NCBI GenBank assembly: GCA_005223185.1
Contig: NJBN01000002.1
Coordinates: 11,118 to 75,117 of the forward strand
DNA from: a candidate division LCP-89 bacterium B3_LCP
GTDB lineage: Bacteria; Electryoneota; B3-LCP
Direction: 5' to 3'
DNA length: 64,000 nucleotides
The notes beneath the pieces are model-generated. The model was given only the letters and a program-made list of their open reading frames with translations, ran no database searches and had not been told where the DNA came from. The position numbers and the translations under genes were made by a program. Positions within the stretch are counted from its first letter, which is position 1, and each line of letters begins with the position of its first letter. Positions 19,027-29,842 of the stretch are shown one piece after another.

Positions 19027-21243
19027 TCACTTCAAGTGTTCCTCAAAGTAATCGGCTATCGATTTCATCACGTGCACGTCCGATTCATCGCGGGAAAAAC
19101 CGTGGTTTTCACGTGGATATAGAAGCAGATCGAACTGCTTACCCAACTTGATCAATTTGTCTATCAACAGAATCGTATCCTGGGAATGCACGTTGCTGTC
19201 CTTCATGCCGTGAATCAGCAGTAATTTGCCCTGCAATCCTTCTGCAAAGGTAATCGGTGAAGATTGGTCATAAGCTTCCGGGTTTTGGTCAGGATCCTTG
19301 AACCGCTGCATCGTGTATTCCAAATTATAATTACGCCAGTCATTCACTGCAGCCACTGAACAGCCCACCTTGAATATGTCCGGTCGTTTGAACATCGCCA
19401 TATTGGTCATAAAACCGCCGTACGACCACCCCCAGATACCCACATTATTCGGTTTGCCCCAGCCTTCTTCGATGCAATAGTTGGCGGCATCAACTGCATC
19501 GTCCAGATCCTTTCCGCCGGTATGTTGATATATCCCCACGCGCCAGTCCCTTCCGTATCCAGATGATCCCCGGTAATCGATATCCACTATAGCGAATCCT
19601 TCTTGTGCCAGATAACGGTGAAAACGATCTTCATAACCCCAGGCGGCTTTTTCAACGTTTTGATGATATCCAGCGCCGTGTATGTAAACTATCAAGGGCG
19701 CTGGTAGCCTGTCCGCACTGGGTAACCACAACTTTGCCGGGAAGGATAAACCATCGGATGTCGGTATGGCTACGTATTGCGGGCTGAACCAATTGTGTTG
19801 GCCGAAAGCCGCAGGTTGAGAAAAGATCAGTCGCTGTATGGTTTCATCAGAGCTAATGTCGCACCAGTACAGGTCGTAGGGATTTTCCAGGTCACCGTAT
19901 ATTAGGGCAGCTTTGGAGCCGTCCTCCGAAATCACAAATGATCTGATCCATCCTTTGGCGGTGGTGATGCGCTGCTTTTTTCCAGATGGCAAATCAGTCT
20001 TGTATAAGTGCCGTTCTGATGGATGGTCTTCACTGGAAATAAACACTAATGTTTTCCTATCTTCTGACAGGCGCCAATCGTTGCTGCCTCCCCATGATCC
20101 TGATGGTATCTCCCATTCTCCGGAAGTCAGAGCCTGCACTATCTGACTTTCAGAACCTGTTATGGGAATGGAATAGAGGTGACACCATCCGCTCATTTCC
20201 GATCCAAAAATCGCCCGTTTACCCTCCGGACCAAAACGGACGCGCGCCATGTTGCGAGGGATCCATTTGTCATCGCTCTCATGCCATATAGTGTCAACTT
20301 TCCCCGTAGCAACGTCTGCCAGAAGAATATAGCGATCCAGCATATCGCGAAGCATGACTTCGATCAAAAGTTTATCCGATTCCGGCGACCAGTCTATGGA
20401 TCGCAGATAGAACTGTTCATCTGATGGTAAATCCATCCATATTGGCACTTTATGCGCTGCTTCGGGGCTCACTATCCCAAGTCTTATGGCGGGTAATTTG
20501 CCACCGGCGATTTCTCTCTGCTGCTTGTGAACTTCGACCTTTTGGGTGGTATAATCAGGAATCAGCATCCTTTCAAAACCGGTGACGTCGTGTTGCACGA
20601 AGGCTAACTTGCGGCTATCCGGCGCCCAGAAAACCCCCCGTAAATAGGTATCGTACGCTCCCGTACCGTTACGTATATCACCACTTCCATCTCCGGTTAG
20701 CTGAACGATTCTGCCATCCGTTGTCGAAACCGCGAAGATATCGTTACCAGACGTGTAGGCGATCCAATCCCCGGCTTTATTGATGGAAAAGTTTCCCTCA
20801 CCGCCCTGGGTCTGGAAGTGCCTGCTCGTTTCTTCGCCAGCTTTCGCTTTAACGCTGTATAAATCCCCCCTGAATCCGAAATAAATCCTCTTCCCATCCT
20901 GTGACCAGAAAGGCTGCGACAATCCCCAATCGAGGACTCTCTCATCATCCTTTTCCTGCTCGGTGCGGTCATCATCCTCGATCTCCCATCTGGGTTGATC
21001 CTTGAAGTCGGTCAGCCGCTCAATCTTTCCGGAAGTGCTGGCAATGTACAGGTCCCTGAACCTGTTTCCATCCGCATTCCATAAAAACGCCAGTTTCTTT
21101 CCATCCGGCGACCAGGTTAATCCCGAGGGGGGGTAGCCGACGATAAGGGGATGTGTGTAAAGGTCTTTCACCTGGAATTTTTCTGTGGCAAAACAAGTGG
21201 TCGTCAGCAGCGATAGGAGGAAGAAGATCAGTTTCAAGCGCAT
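19027..21243 (-). CDS. S9-family (DPP IV-like) serine peptidase
   Basis: Signal peptide, propeller repeats (WSPDG), GWSYGG nucleophile, 'HGMKDSNV', 'ENHGF'. Confidence 0.92.
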   Translation of the reverse strand: MRLKLIFFLLSLLTTTCFATEKFQVKDLYTHPLIVGYPPSGLTWSPDGKKLAFLWNADGNRFRDLYIASTSGKIERLTDFKDQPRWEIEDDDRTEQEKDDERVLDWGLSQPFWSQDGKRIYFGFRGDLYSVKAKAGEETSRHFQTQGGEGNFSINKAGDWIAYTSGNDIFAVSTTDGRIVQLTGDGSGDIRNGTGAYDTYLRGVFWAPDSRKLAFVQHDVTGFERMLIPDYTTQKVEVHKQQREIAGGKLPAIRLGIVSPEAAHKVPIWMDLPSDEQFYLRSIDWSPESDKLLIEVMLRDMLDRYILLADVATGKVDTIWHESDDKWIPRNMARVRFGPEGKRAIFGSEMSGWCHLYSIPITGSESQIVQALTSGEWEIPSGSWGGSNDWRLSEDRKTLVFISSEDHPSERHLYKTDLPSGKKQRITTAKGWIRSFVISEDGSKAALIYGDLENPYDLYWCDISSDETIQRLIFSQPAAFGQHNWFSPQYVAIPTSDGLSFPAKLWLPSADRLPAPLIVYIHGAGYHQNVEKAAWGYEDRFHRYLAQEGFAIVDIDYRGSSGYGRDWRVGIYQHTGGKDLDDAVDAANYCIEEGWGKPNNVGIWGWSYGGFMTNMAMFKRPDIFKVGCSVAAVNDWRNYNLEYTMQRFKDPDQNPEAYDQSSPITFAEGLQGKLLLIHGMKDSNVHSQDTILLIDKLIKLGKQFDLLLYPRENHGFSRDESDVHVMKSIADYFEEHLK

Positions 21244-21729
21244 GATAGTAGTTTTCCTTTTATTTCGACATAATCCAGTTAGAACCATTCAACCAAGCTG
21301 ATAAGCACGGAATCATCATTCCATGTTGAAGTACTCCTTCAGATTTACCTGAATAAAACTGCACCAGTTCCATCAAAACGACTCAACGTACTATGGTTGC
21401 AGCCGTTCTGGTTTCAGGTAATTTAAATATCCCACTTTCTTAAGTGAAAATCAATAAATAAGTGTAAAATTTTCAATGGAATGAACGTGAGGATCCCCAT
21501 AATGTCACTCTGAGCGTAGCGCTCCAAAGGAGTCCCTATGGGAAAGAGTCTCATTCCTCTTTACCAAGCAGCTTCACCGGTGAATATTAAAGCAAAAACT
21601 TCAATAAAAATCCCAACTGAAAAACAGCCCCCTCGAACCATTAGTGAATAAATACGCTATTATGTTGTATTATAAAGAATTATGAATAAACTAATTGAGA
21701 GAAAAATCCCAAAAATAATAAAAAAGGTC

Positions 21730-21786
21730 TTGACATTAAGTGGGGAATTTGTTATACTAAAACCCACATAAAGGGTAATATGGGGT
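21730..21786 (+). promoter_or_regulatory. dcw promoter with probable MraZ-binding TGGG motifs
   Basis: TTGACA(21730)-17 nt-TATACT(21753); GTGGGG in the spacer and TGGGG before the start codon. Confidence 0.7.
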
Positions 21787-21787
21787 T

Positions 21788-22315
21788 ATGAGCAAAGAGC
21801 CAGAAAAGAAAACGGGTAAGGGCAAAAGCAATCCGTTTCCTAATTCCTTTACGGATGAGTTCCTCTATACGATAGACAATCGGGGACGCATAAATTTCCC
21901 CGCGCCCTTCCGCCGCATCCTCTCTGATGCATCAAAAGACCGGGTTGTTATCGCCAGAGGTCTGGATAACTGCCTGCTCATTTACCCCCGAGACGTCTGG
22001 GAAGTACGGCGCAAAGATTTTAATCCATCCCCATACGCATCCAGAAACCAGAGACGGCTTCAGCGGGAGTTGTTGCACGGCGCCAGGGAATCATCTTTCG
22101 ATTCGCAGGGGCGCATCTCCATCCCATCGCGCTTGATGAAATTGGCAAAACTCGAAAAGGAAGCGCTTATCATCGGTGTCGGAGACTGGGTAGAGGTTTG
22201 GAATCCATCCGTCTATGAACAGTACTTAGCGCAAACTGATCAACAGGTTGAGAGTATTCTGGAAGATTACGCCAACCGTTCCTCTTCGTCCACAAGCGAC
22301 TCCACCGATAAATAA
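21788..22315 (+). CDS. mraZ: Division/cell wall cluster transcriptional regulator MraZ
   Basis: Two D-x-x-GRI repeats ('IDNRGRINFP', 'DSQGRISIP'); first gene of the dcw cluster. Confidence 0.93.
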   Translation: MSKEPEKKTGKGKSNPFPNSFTDEFLYTIDNRGRINFPAPFRRILSDASKDRVVIARGLDNCLLIYPRDVWEVRRKDFNPSPYASRNQRRLQRELLHGARESSFDSQGRISIPSRLMKLAKLEKEALIIGVGDWVEVWNPSVYEQYLAQTDQQVESILEDYANRSSSSTSDSTDK

Positions 22316-22368
22316 AATAGATCGGATTATCATCCGCATATAACCGGAAACTGACAAACTGCTGTTTT

Positions 22369-23322
22369 ATGACACCAGAATCATGCATCACTCTCCATCG
22401 GCCGGTGATGGTCGATTCCGTCATGAAACTCCTTCTGACGTCAAATCCGGATGATGATATTTTAACGGGCACAATGGTCGATGGCACCGTGGGCGGGGGA
22501 GGGCATGCCGAGGCGATCCTCGAGAAACTCTCCCCCGCGGGGCGTATCTTCTGTTTCGACCGTGATCCCGCCGCCATTAGCATAACACGCCAAAGACTAA
22601 AAAGTGATCCTCGAATTCAGTTGGTGCATGACAGCTACTCTGAGATCGGCGAATATCTGGATTTGGGTTCTGCTGCGGGTGTCATCCTAGATCTGGGGCT
22701 TTCTTCCGATCAATTGGAAGCAGCTCGCGGGTTTTCTCACAGTCAGGATTCCATCCTCGATATGCGCTTTGATCCATCAGCCAGGATAAATGCGCATGAT
22801 GTGATCAATAGTTATTCAATCGAGAAATTACGAAATATTTTTTTCAGATATGGCGAAGAGCCACTCTCACCTCGAATTGCCAGGAATATCTCCAATGCGC
22901 GCCAAAAAGGAGCAATAAGAACCAGTGAACAATTAGCCGCAGTCATCAAGAACTCTGTTCCGGCGAGGTTTGAGATGAAAGCTGTATCGAGGATCTTTCA
23001 GGCGATTCGTATTGAGGTAAACAGTGAGATAGAGCTGTTGGAGGCAGGGTTGAAAGCATGCTGGGATATATTGAAGGATGGTGGTGTTCTCTGTGTGATA
23101 TCCTACCATTCCATCGAGGATCGGCGCATGAAGCGCTTCATAGCAGAAAAAGTAAAGGGCTGCGTCTGTCCACCTAAGCTCCCGGTATGTGCCTGCGGGC
23201 AAAAACCATCCGCGCAAGTTTTAACTTCTTCGGCTTTACGTCCTTCACCCAAAGAAATTCGACTGAACCCCCGTTCCCGAAGCGCCAGGCTGCGCGCCGC
23301 CAGGAAAATTCCCAGCAAATAG
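22369..23322 (+). CDS. rsmH: 16S rRNA m4C1402 methyltransferase
   Basis: 'DGTVGGGGH', 'DLGLSS', 'FQAIRIEVN', 'SYHSIEDR', 'NPRSRSARLR'. Confidence 0.95.
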   Translation: MTPESCITLHRPVMVDSVMKLLLTSNPDDDILTGTMVDGTVGGGGHAEAILEKLSPAGRIFCFDRDPAAISITRQRLKSDPRIQLVHDSYSEIGEYLDLGSAAGVILDLGLSSDQLEAARGFSHSQDSILDMRFDPSARINAHDVINSYSIEKLRNIFFRYGEEPLSPRIARNISNARQKGAIRTSEQLAAVIKNSVPARFEMKAVSRIFQAIRIEVNSEIELLEAGLKACWDILKDGGVLCVISYHSIEDRRMKRFIAEKVKGCVCPPKLPVCACGQKPSAQVLTSSALRPSPKEIRLNPRSRSARLRAARKIPSK

Positions 23323-23356
23323 ACGGGGTTTTAAGATACCACAAACCGGTCTTATC

Positions 23357-23803
23357 ATGCCCAAATCGAAGACTACAAAAAGCGTGAATTCGCGCCGGGG
23401 AACCGCGAATTCCCGGCAAAAGCGTGCGCGCAGTCAGGCTATAAGACCTCCAGGACCCTATCGCCCCAAGCGTAAACCACGTCCGAGCAAGGATTTCAGG
23501 CTTAGATTATACTGGTTTGCGATTGCACTGATTGTTCTGGCGTTCTGCTTGGGTGAAGTATGGAAATCTCATCAGGTTAATCGGCTATGTGCCCGACTGG
23601 ATAAACTCCGCAGTCAACAAGCGAAATTGGAAGAGGAATATTTAAACTTGCAGCTCAAGGCTGATGAAGTATTCTCTTATCATCACGTCGAGCCGCTGGT
23701 GAAAGAACGGTTGGGAATGATTCCATCAAAGAAATCACCAATAGTTATTACGCCCCTGGATGATGAATTTTTGGCTTACAGACAGAAGAGAGTAAAACTA
23801 TGA
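23357..23803 (+). CDS. ftsL: Cell division protein FtsL-like
   Basis: Basic N-terminus, one TM helix, coiled coil, 'LGM'; lies between rsmH and ftsI. Confidence 0.7.
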   Translation: MPKSKTTKSVNSRRGTANSRQKRARSQAIRPPGPYRPKRKPRPSKDFRLRLYWFAIALIVLAFCLGEVWKSHQVNRLCARLDKLRSQQAKLEEEYLNLQLKADEVFSYHHVEPLVKERLGMIPSKKSPIVITPLDDEFLAYRQKRVKL

Positions 23804-25866
23804 CAGCTCGCAAGAAGTCGAATGGAAGAAAGAGCCGCAGAAAGGTTCATAAGAACGTTTCCAAGCGCTATGTGTGGAGAATGCGCATTCTGGCTTTCAC
23901 CATCATAGTCCTCTTTTTTGTCTTAGGCGGTCGTCTGTTTCAGTTGCAGATAGTTGATGGTCAGAAATACGCACAGATAGCGCGCAGGCAGCACATTCGC
24001 AAGGTGAAATTAGAATCCCGCAGAGGCTCTATCGTCGATCGTGCTGGACAGGAAATTGCCTTAGACCATCCGCAGTATTTCACTTGCGGTGTCAGACCCG
24101 CTCAATTGAAAAGTGCGGGGACTCTCTGCACCGAACTGGCAGCTTTTACTTCCAGGCCAGCCAGCCATTACCAACGCAGGTTACAATCACATTCGCCTTT
24201 TGTGTATTTAGAATGGCGCTTGACTGCCTCACAGGCTGACAGGCTGCAGAGCCTCGGCATGAACGGGATGAACCTGAAGAAAACCTCAGGGAGATTCTAT
24301 CCATTCTACCGTGCGACTTCACAACTACTGGGTTATACCGATGTTGATGGCTCCGGTATTGCTGGTCTCGAGGTACAATGTGATGAAGCTCTGCAAGGAG
24401 AGAAAGGCTGGGAAATTCATCAGAGGGACGCCCGCGGCGTCAGCATTTGGGACCCGTTGCGTAGTTATGCTCAACCACGTGATGGTGGCACTGTAAGGCT
24501 ATCGATTGATATTCTCTCTCAAGAAATACTGCATGATGCGTTGATACAGGTGCAGGAGAAATATCAGGCTAATTGGGCAGGAGGCGTGCTGTTAAACCCC
24601 AAAACCGGCGAGATATTAGCAATTTCCAGTGTTCCCGATTTTGATCCTATAAGACCGGAAATTGGGCCTTTGGCCAATCACAAGCTGAAACCGATTACAG
24701 ATTTATTTGAACCAGGATCGGTATTCAAAGTTGTCGCAGCTACTGCCGCTTTGGAAAAGGGGATTGTCTGCCTGGATGATTCCATTTTTTGTGAAAACGG
24801 CAGTTACCGAATTGGCAGAAAACGGCTAAAAGACACTCACGAATACGGATGGCTGACATTCGAGGACGTCATAGTGTATTCGAGCAATATAGGTATGGCG
24901 AAAGTTGCCGAAAAACTGGGATCGAAAGAGATCTATCGCTTTGCAGCGCGATACGGTTTCGGTACACCAACTGGCATTGACTTCCCCGGTGAGAACTCCG
25001 GGAGATTACGTCCCTATGATAAATGGAAGGATATCGACCGCGCCAATATAGCTATGGGACAGGGGATCGCTGCCAATATGCTGCAGTTGGCTTTGGCATT
25101 TGGAGCCATAGCTAATGATGGAATACTGATGGAGCCCCGTCTGGTTCTCGATCGAACGGACATGAAGGGAAATCACCGGTCCTATCCGCCTCGGGAAGTG
25201 CGCAGGGTAATGGAACCCGAAACCGCCAGACAGCTAAGGCAGGTTCTAATCAAATGCGTTGATGAAGGCACCGGGAAGAACGCCGCACTTGATGGTTCCG
25301 CTGTCGCCGGTAAAACTGGTACGGCTCAGGTTCCTGATCTAATAAAGGGTGGGTATTATGACGATAGATTCGTCTCTTCTTTTGCTGGTTTCATTACCGA
25401 TGGCAAGGAAGACCGGCTGCTGGTTATAACCGTCTGTGAACCCCAAGAAGAACACTTCGCTTCGCAGGTAGCAGCGCCGGTATTCAAAAAGGTGATGCAG
25501 AGGCTTCAACCTGCTGACGTCATTAGAAAAACCTGGAAACCAAATCCCATCGAACTGGCGGACGTTTCTGGAGGAATCGGGAAAATGGTGAGTCTCCCCG
25601 ATAGGAACATCGATCTGAAATGGCTGCGCGGTCCAGCACTATCAGATATATCAGAGCTTGCCCGGGAAGATGAGTCTATCGAACAAACTGAAGTTCTTCT
25701 TCCCGATCTAAGAGGAATATCCATACGCGAAGCTACAAGAATTTTAACCAGTTACGGCATTACAGTGGAAATAGACGGCAGCGGCTGGATCGTAAAACAA
25801 TCCTTTAAGCCCGGGACGTCTCTGATTAAGTGCAGTACTTGCCGGCTTAAAGCTAAACCATTATAG
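23800..25866 (+). CDS. ftsI: Peptidoglycan transpeptidase FtsI (PBP3) with PASTA domain
   Basis: 'RGSIVDR', SxxK 'EPGSVFK', SSN, KTGTAQ, C-terminal PASTA. Confidence 0.93.
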   Translation: MTARKKSNGRKSRRKVHKNVSKRYVWRMRILAFTIIVLFFVLGGRLFQLQIVDGQKYAQIARRQHIRKVKLESRRGSIVDRAGQEIALDHPQYFTCGVRPAQLKSAGTLCTELAAFTSRPASHYQRRLQSHSPFVYLEWRLTASQADRLQSLGMNGMNLKKTSGRFYPFYRATSQLLGYTDVDGSGIAGLEVQCDEALQGEKGWEIHQRDARGVSIWDPLRSYAQPRDGGTVRLSIDILSQEILHDALIQVQEKYQANWAGGVLLNPKTGEILAISSVPDFDPIRPEIGPLANHKLKPITDLFEPGSVFKVVAATAALEKGIVCLDDSIFCENGSYRIGRKRLKDTHEYGWLTFEDVIVYSSNIGMAKVAEKLGSKEIYRFAARYGFGTPTGIDFPGENSGRLRPYDKWKDIDRANIAMGQGIAANMLQLALAFGAIANDGILMEPRLVLDRTDMKGNHRSYPPREVRRVMEPETARQLRQVLIKCVDEGTGKNAALDGSAVAGKTGTAQVPDLIKGGYYDDRFVSSFAGFITDGKEDRLLVITVCEPQEEHFASQVAAPVFKKVMQRLQPADVIRKTWKPNPIELADVSGGIGKMVSLPDRNIDLKWLRGPALSDISELAREDESIEQTEVLLPDLRGISIREATRILTSYGITVEIDGSGWIVKQSFKPGTSLIKCSTCRLKAKPL

Positions 25867-25872
25867 GTCTTC

Positions 25873-27324
25873 ATGAAACTTTCAGAAATAGCAGCGGGGA
25901 TTCCCGGATCAGCAATAAAAGGCGTTTCTGATCCTGAAATAGCTAAAGTTGATTATGATTCACGGCAGGTGAACGCGGGGAGTCTCTTTTTCGCCCTTCA
26001 GGGTGAGCGTGAGGATGGGCGCAAATTCATCCCTCAGGCTTTAGAACGAGGTGCGGCTGCTGTAGCTTTGTCCGCTGAACCGGACAGCCCGCTGGACGTG
26101 CCTTATATCATCGTTTCACAACCGCGTCAGGCATTGGCTTTGGCGGCGGGCATTGTAACCGGTTACCCGGATCAACATATCGATCTGGTGGCAGTGACCG
26201 GTACTAATGGAAAAACCACCATAATTTCGCTAGTTGGTGAAATTCTAAAATACGAAACCGGCAAATCGGGCGTAATTGGGACTTTAGGTGGGGTAATCGG
26301 TGATCGCACACATTCATTAGAACGAACCACACCGGAAGCGCCGGATATTTACGCTCTCTTAGCGGAGATGTACCGGGAAGGCATCCATCAAGCAGCCATG
26401 GAAGTTTCTTCACATGCGCTTTCATTGGAGCGTGTCTTCGGTATGAAATTCTCCGCCGCGGTTTTTACCAATCTAAGCCGTGATCACCTGGATTTCCATG
26501 AAACCATCGATGAATATTTTAACGCCAAAGCTAAACTATTCAGCGACTACAAAGTCGGAACGGCGATCATCAATGTCGATGATCAATATGGACAAAAACT
26601 GGTTTCGTTGACGGATAGCGACGTGCTGACCTTTGCCCTGGAATCGAGTGCAGATGTGCATCCTACCGATTTGCAGGTTACCGGAGATGGCATATTCATA
26701 AAGGCAGGCACACCGCGTGGTGAAGTCGAGTTCCAGTCGCCGCTTTTGGGTAGATTTAATGCCTATAACCTCCTCGGTGCTTTAGCTGTAAGTGAAGTTC
26801 TTAAAACCTCTCATGAAGCATTCGTCAGTGCGGTGAAAGAATTCAAGGGTGCGCCCGGCAGGTTGGAACAGATTATCCTAAAGGACCGCCGGGTGTTCAT
26901 TGATTACGCTCACACCCCGGAAGCTTTGAAACTCGTATTGACCGAGATAAAAAGAATAAGTGAAGGTCCCCTCGTCGTAGTCTTTGGATGCGGCGGCGAC
27001 CGAGATCAGGAAAAACGACCCATTATGGGTAGGATAGCAGAAGAGAATTCCGATACAGTCTATATCACGACCGATAATCCGCGCACGGAACGACCTGCGA
27101 GAATCATGTCCGAAATCTTATCCGGCCTCCAGCGTCCCCAGGATGTGATGACGATTCTGGACAGGCGGCACGCTATCTCGACTGCTCTGCACAAGCTTCC
27201 TGCAGGTGGCACCTTATTGATTGCCGGGAAGGGTCATGAAACATATCAGGAAATCAACGGCAAGAGATTTCCTTTTGATGATAGAGCAGAAGTTATTAAA
27301 TACCAACGTGAACTGGTGCGATGA
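25873..27324 (+). CDS. murE: UDP-MurNAc-tripeptide synthetase
   Basis: TGTNGKTT, TTPE, MEVSSH, DYAHTP, DNPR (mDAP-type), GKGHE. Confidence 0.95.
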   Translation: MKLSEIAAGIPGSAIKGVSDPEIAKVDYDSRQVNAGSLFFALQGEREDGRKFIPQALERGAAAVALSAEPDSPLDVPYIIVSQPRQALALAAGIVTGYPDQHIDLVAVTGTNGKTTIISLVGEILKYETGKSGVIGTLGGVIGDRTHSLERTTPEAPDIYALLAEMYREGIHQAAMEVSSHALSLERVFGMKFSAAVFTNLSRDHLDFHETIDEYFNAKAKLFSDYKVGTAIINVDDQYGQKLVSLTDSDVLTFALESSADVHPTDLQVTGDGIFIKAGTPRGEVEFQSPLLGRFNAYNLLGALAVSEVLKTSHEAFVSAVKEFKGAPGRLEQIILKDRRVFIDYAHTPEALKLVLTEIKRISEGPLVVVFGCGGDRDQEKRPIMGRIAEENSDTVYITTDNPRTERPARIMSEILSGLQRPQDVMTILDRRHAISTALHKLPAGGTLLIAGKGHETYQEINGKRFPFDDRAEVIKYQRELVR

Positions 27325-28718
27325 GTCTGTTTTTTGAGGAGCTTCCGGCTCTCATTCACTGCAGCTTGAAACCGGCAAATTTACGGGGGAAAATGGGACC
27401 TTCGTGTATCGATTCCCGGATTTTAAAGAAAGGAGAGGTCTTCTGGGCGCTCAAAGATGAAGCCGATGGTCATGATTTCGTTGCGGACGCTTTCAGGAAG
27501 GGAGCGCAAGCTGCAGTCGTTAGCAGGAATTGGTTGAAAAAGGCGCCCCCAATCCAAAAAGCGGCCTATATAGCAGTGTCTGATCCATTGAAAGCTCTGC
27601 ATAACCTGGCAAAATCTCACCGCAGACGGTTTCATATTCCCGTAATAGCCATAACCGGAAGCAACGGAAAAACCGCCACAAAAGAGCTGTTAGCCACAGC
27701 TTTGAGTCTTCGTTACAATCTATTAAAATCTCAAGGTAATTATAATAATCATATAGGATTACCGCTGACATTATTGCAATTGCATCCGGATATTGAAATG
27801 GTGCTCCTGGAAATGGGCGCTAATCAACCAGGGGACGTCGCTAAGTTGTGCGGCATTGCCAATCCCAATTATGGGCTGGTGATCAACGTCGGTCCAGCGC
27901 ATCTTGAAGGATTAGGAAGCCTCGAAGGTGTAGCCAGCGAGAAGAGTTCTCTGTTCAATTCCCTTCCATCCACCGGCACCGCTTTTATAAACTGCGATGA
28001 CGCCAAAGTCTGCGCTATGGATTCAACCGCAACTTCAATGGTATGTTACGGGTTCGATGCGGAAAGGGCAGGAGAGGAATGTGACCGCATGGTCTGCGCT
28101 GAGATGCTGGAACCCGCTGATGACAATAGAGCACGTTTCCGTATCAGAGACACGGTATTCACTTTAAGTTGGTCGGGACTTCATCAAGCCAGTAACGCTC
28201 TGGCAGCTATAACTGTTGCCGACCGGTTTGGCGTTCCCATGGATGAAATGGCGGAAGCTTTCGCATCATTGCCGCCTCTTGAAGGCAGGCTCCAGACCGA
28301 AGAGATTGCAGGTGTTACCATAATAAATGACGCCTATAACGCCAACTTAGGATCGACGAAATCTGCTTTAGAGTTTCTCCAGGCGCTGAAGACTTCCGGT
28401 AAGAAGTTCGTGGTGATAGGTGATCACCTGGAATTGGGAACAGCCAGCGATGAACAACATTGCCAGATCGGTCACCTGCTGGCTGATAGCGATATTGACG
28501 GTGCGTTCTTAGTGGGGCAAAAAATCCAGAGTATCTCAAGATTAGTCCCGGAGCTGGTACTTTTTTATGTAGCTAACGAACCTTACGATTCGCTTGTAAA
28601 GGAGATCTTAGCGACAATTCAGAACGGCGACGTTATCATGTTTAAGGCTTCCAGAGGTATGCAGTTGGAAAGAGTCATGGACTCTTTAAAGTTCAAGTTA
28701 ACGGAGAAAGGAGTCTGA
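27321..28718 (+). CDS. murF: UDP-MurNAc-pentapeptide synthetase
   Basis: TGSNGKT, NYNNHIGLP, NDAYNAN, KASRG. Confidence 0.95.
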   Translation: MSLFFEELPALIHCSLKPANLRGKMGPSCIDSRILKKGEVFWALKDEADGHDFVADAFRKGAQAAVVSRNWLKKAPPIQKAAYIAVSDPLKALHNLAKSHRRRFHIPVIAITGSNGKTATKELLATALSLRYNLLKSQGNYNNHIGLPLTLLQLHPDIEMVLLEMGANQPGDVAKLCGIANPNYGLVINVGPAHLEGLGSLEGVASEKSSLFNSLPSTGTAFINCDDAKVCAMDSTATSMVCYGFDAERAGEECDRMVCAEMLEPADDNRARFRIRDTVFTLSWSGLHQASNALAAITVADRFGVPMDEMAEAFASLPPLEGRLQTEEIAGVTIINDAYNANLGSTKSALEFLQALKTSGKKFVVIGDHLELGTASDEQHCQIGHLLADSDIDGAFLVGQKIQSISRLVPELVLFYVANEPYDSLVKEILATIQNGDVIMFKASRGMQLERVMDSLKFKLTEKGV

Positions 28719-29836
28719 TGTTTTACCATCTATTATACCCCTTTCATCAGGAAATTTCCTGGCTGAACCTCTTCAGATACATAACTTTCCGTTCTGCTGG
28801 AGCTGCGATTACTGCGCTTCTGATAAGTTTTTTAATCGGTCCATTTATCATTCGCAAGTTACAACAGCTTCAGATAAAAGAGGAGATTAGGTCGGACGGA
28901 CCTCAAACACATCTGACCAAGAGGGGTACGCCCACCATGGGAGGTTTGATAATTCTCTGTGCGGTGATAATTCCCACTTTTCTATGGGCCAGACTCGATA
29001 ACCTTTACGTGGGCATCATCCTGTTAGCGACCGTCTGGATGGGTTTCGTGGGTTTCTACGATGATTACCTAAAAGCCGTTAAGAAGAAAAAGAAAGGGTT
29101 AGTGGCTAAGTATAAGCTTGCGGGTCAAATATCGTTAGGTATTCTGATAGGCGTAATTCTTCTATCAGCGCCAAGAGCGTTGGGACTTAACTTTTCCCAT
29201 CATGTCACTGAAACCACCATTCCGTTCTTCAAAGATCTCTTGCTTAATTTTGGCGTTCTCTATATCCCCATGATAGTGATAGTGGTAACAGCCACTTCCA
29301 ACGGCGTCAACCTGACCGATGGTCTTGACGGTCTGGCTATCGGTATTGTCGGTATCGCCGCTGCTGCCTTTGGAATGATCTGTTACGTTTCCGGACACGT
29401 ACAATTCAGCGACTATCTCAATATAATATATTTAGATACTTGCGGGGAATTGACCGTATTCTGTGCAGCTTTGATGGGCGCATCTTTAGGTTTTCTCTGG
29501 TTTAATTCGCATCCTGCTGAAATCTTCATGGGCGATACCGGCAGTTTGGCGTTAGGAGGCGCCTTAGGAACTCTGGCGGTGCTGGTCAAGAAGGAATTCC
29601 TTTTAGTCATCATCGGTGGAATTTTCGTCATCGAAGCGGCATCTGTGATCTTGCAGACAACTTATTTTAAATACTCTCGCGCTCGTACTGGTACCGGTCG
29701 CAGGATATTTCGCATGGCGCCAATCCATCATCACTTCGAACAGTTAGGCTGGCCTGAGAACAAAGTGGTAGTGCGCTTCTGGATCATACAGATTTTATTA
29801 GTGCTCATCTCCCTGACGACATTTAAGATCAGGTGA
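28718..29836 (+). CDS. mraY: Phospho-MurNAc-pentapeptide transferase
   Basis: 'GTPTMGG', 'NLTDGLDGL', 'FMGDTGS', 'MAPIHHHFE'. Confidence 0.97.
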   Translation: MFYHLLYPFHQEISWLNLFRYITFRSAGAAITALLISFLIGPFIIRKLQQLQIKEEIRSDGPQTHLTKRGTPTMGGLIILCAVIIPTFLWARLDNLYVGIILLATVWMGFVGFYDDYLKAVKKKKKGLVAKYKLAGQISLGILIGVILLSAPRALGLNFSHHVTETTIPFFKDLLLNFGVLYIPMIVIVVTATSNGVNLTDGLDGLAIGIVGIAAAAFGMICYVSGHVQFSDYLNIIYLDTCGELTVFCAALMGASLGFLWFNSHPAEIFMGDTGSLALGGALGTLAVLVKKEFLLVIIGGIFVIEAASVILQTTYFKYSRARTGTGRRIFRMAPIHHHFEQLGWPENKVVVRFWIIQILLVLISLTTFKIR

Positions 29837-29842
29837 TGATTC

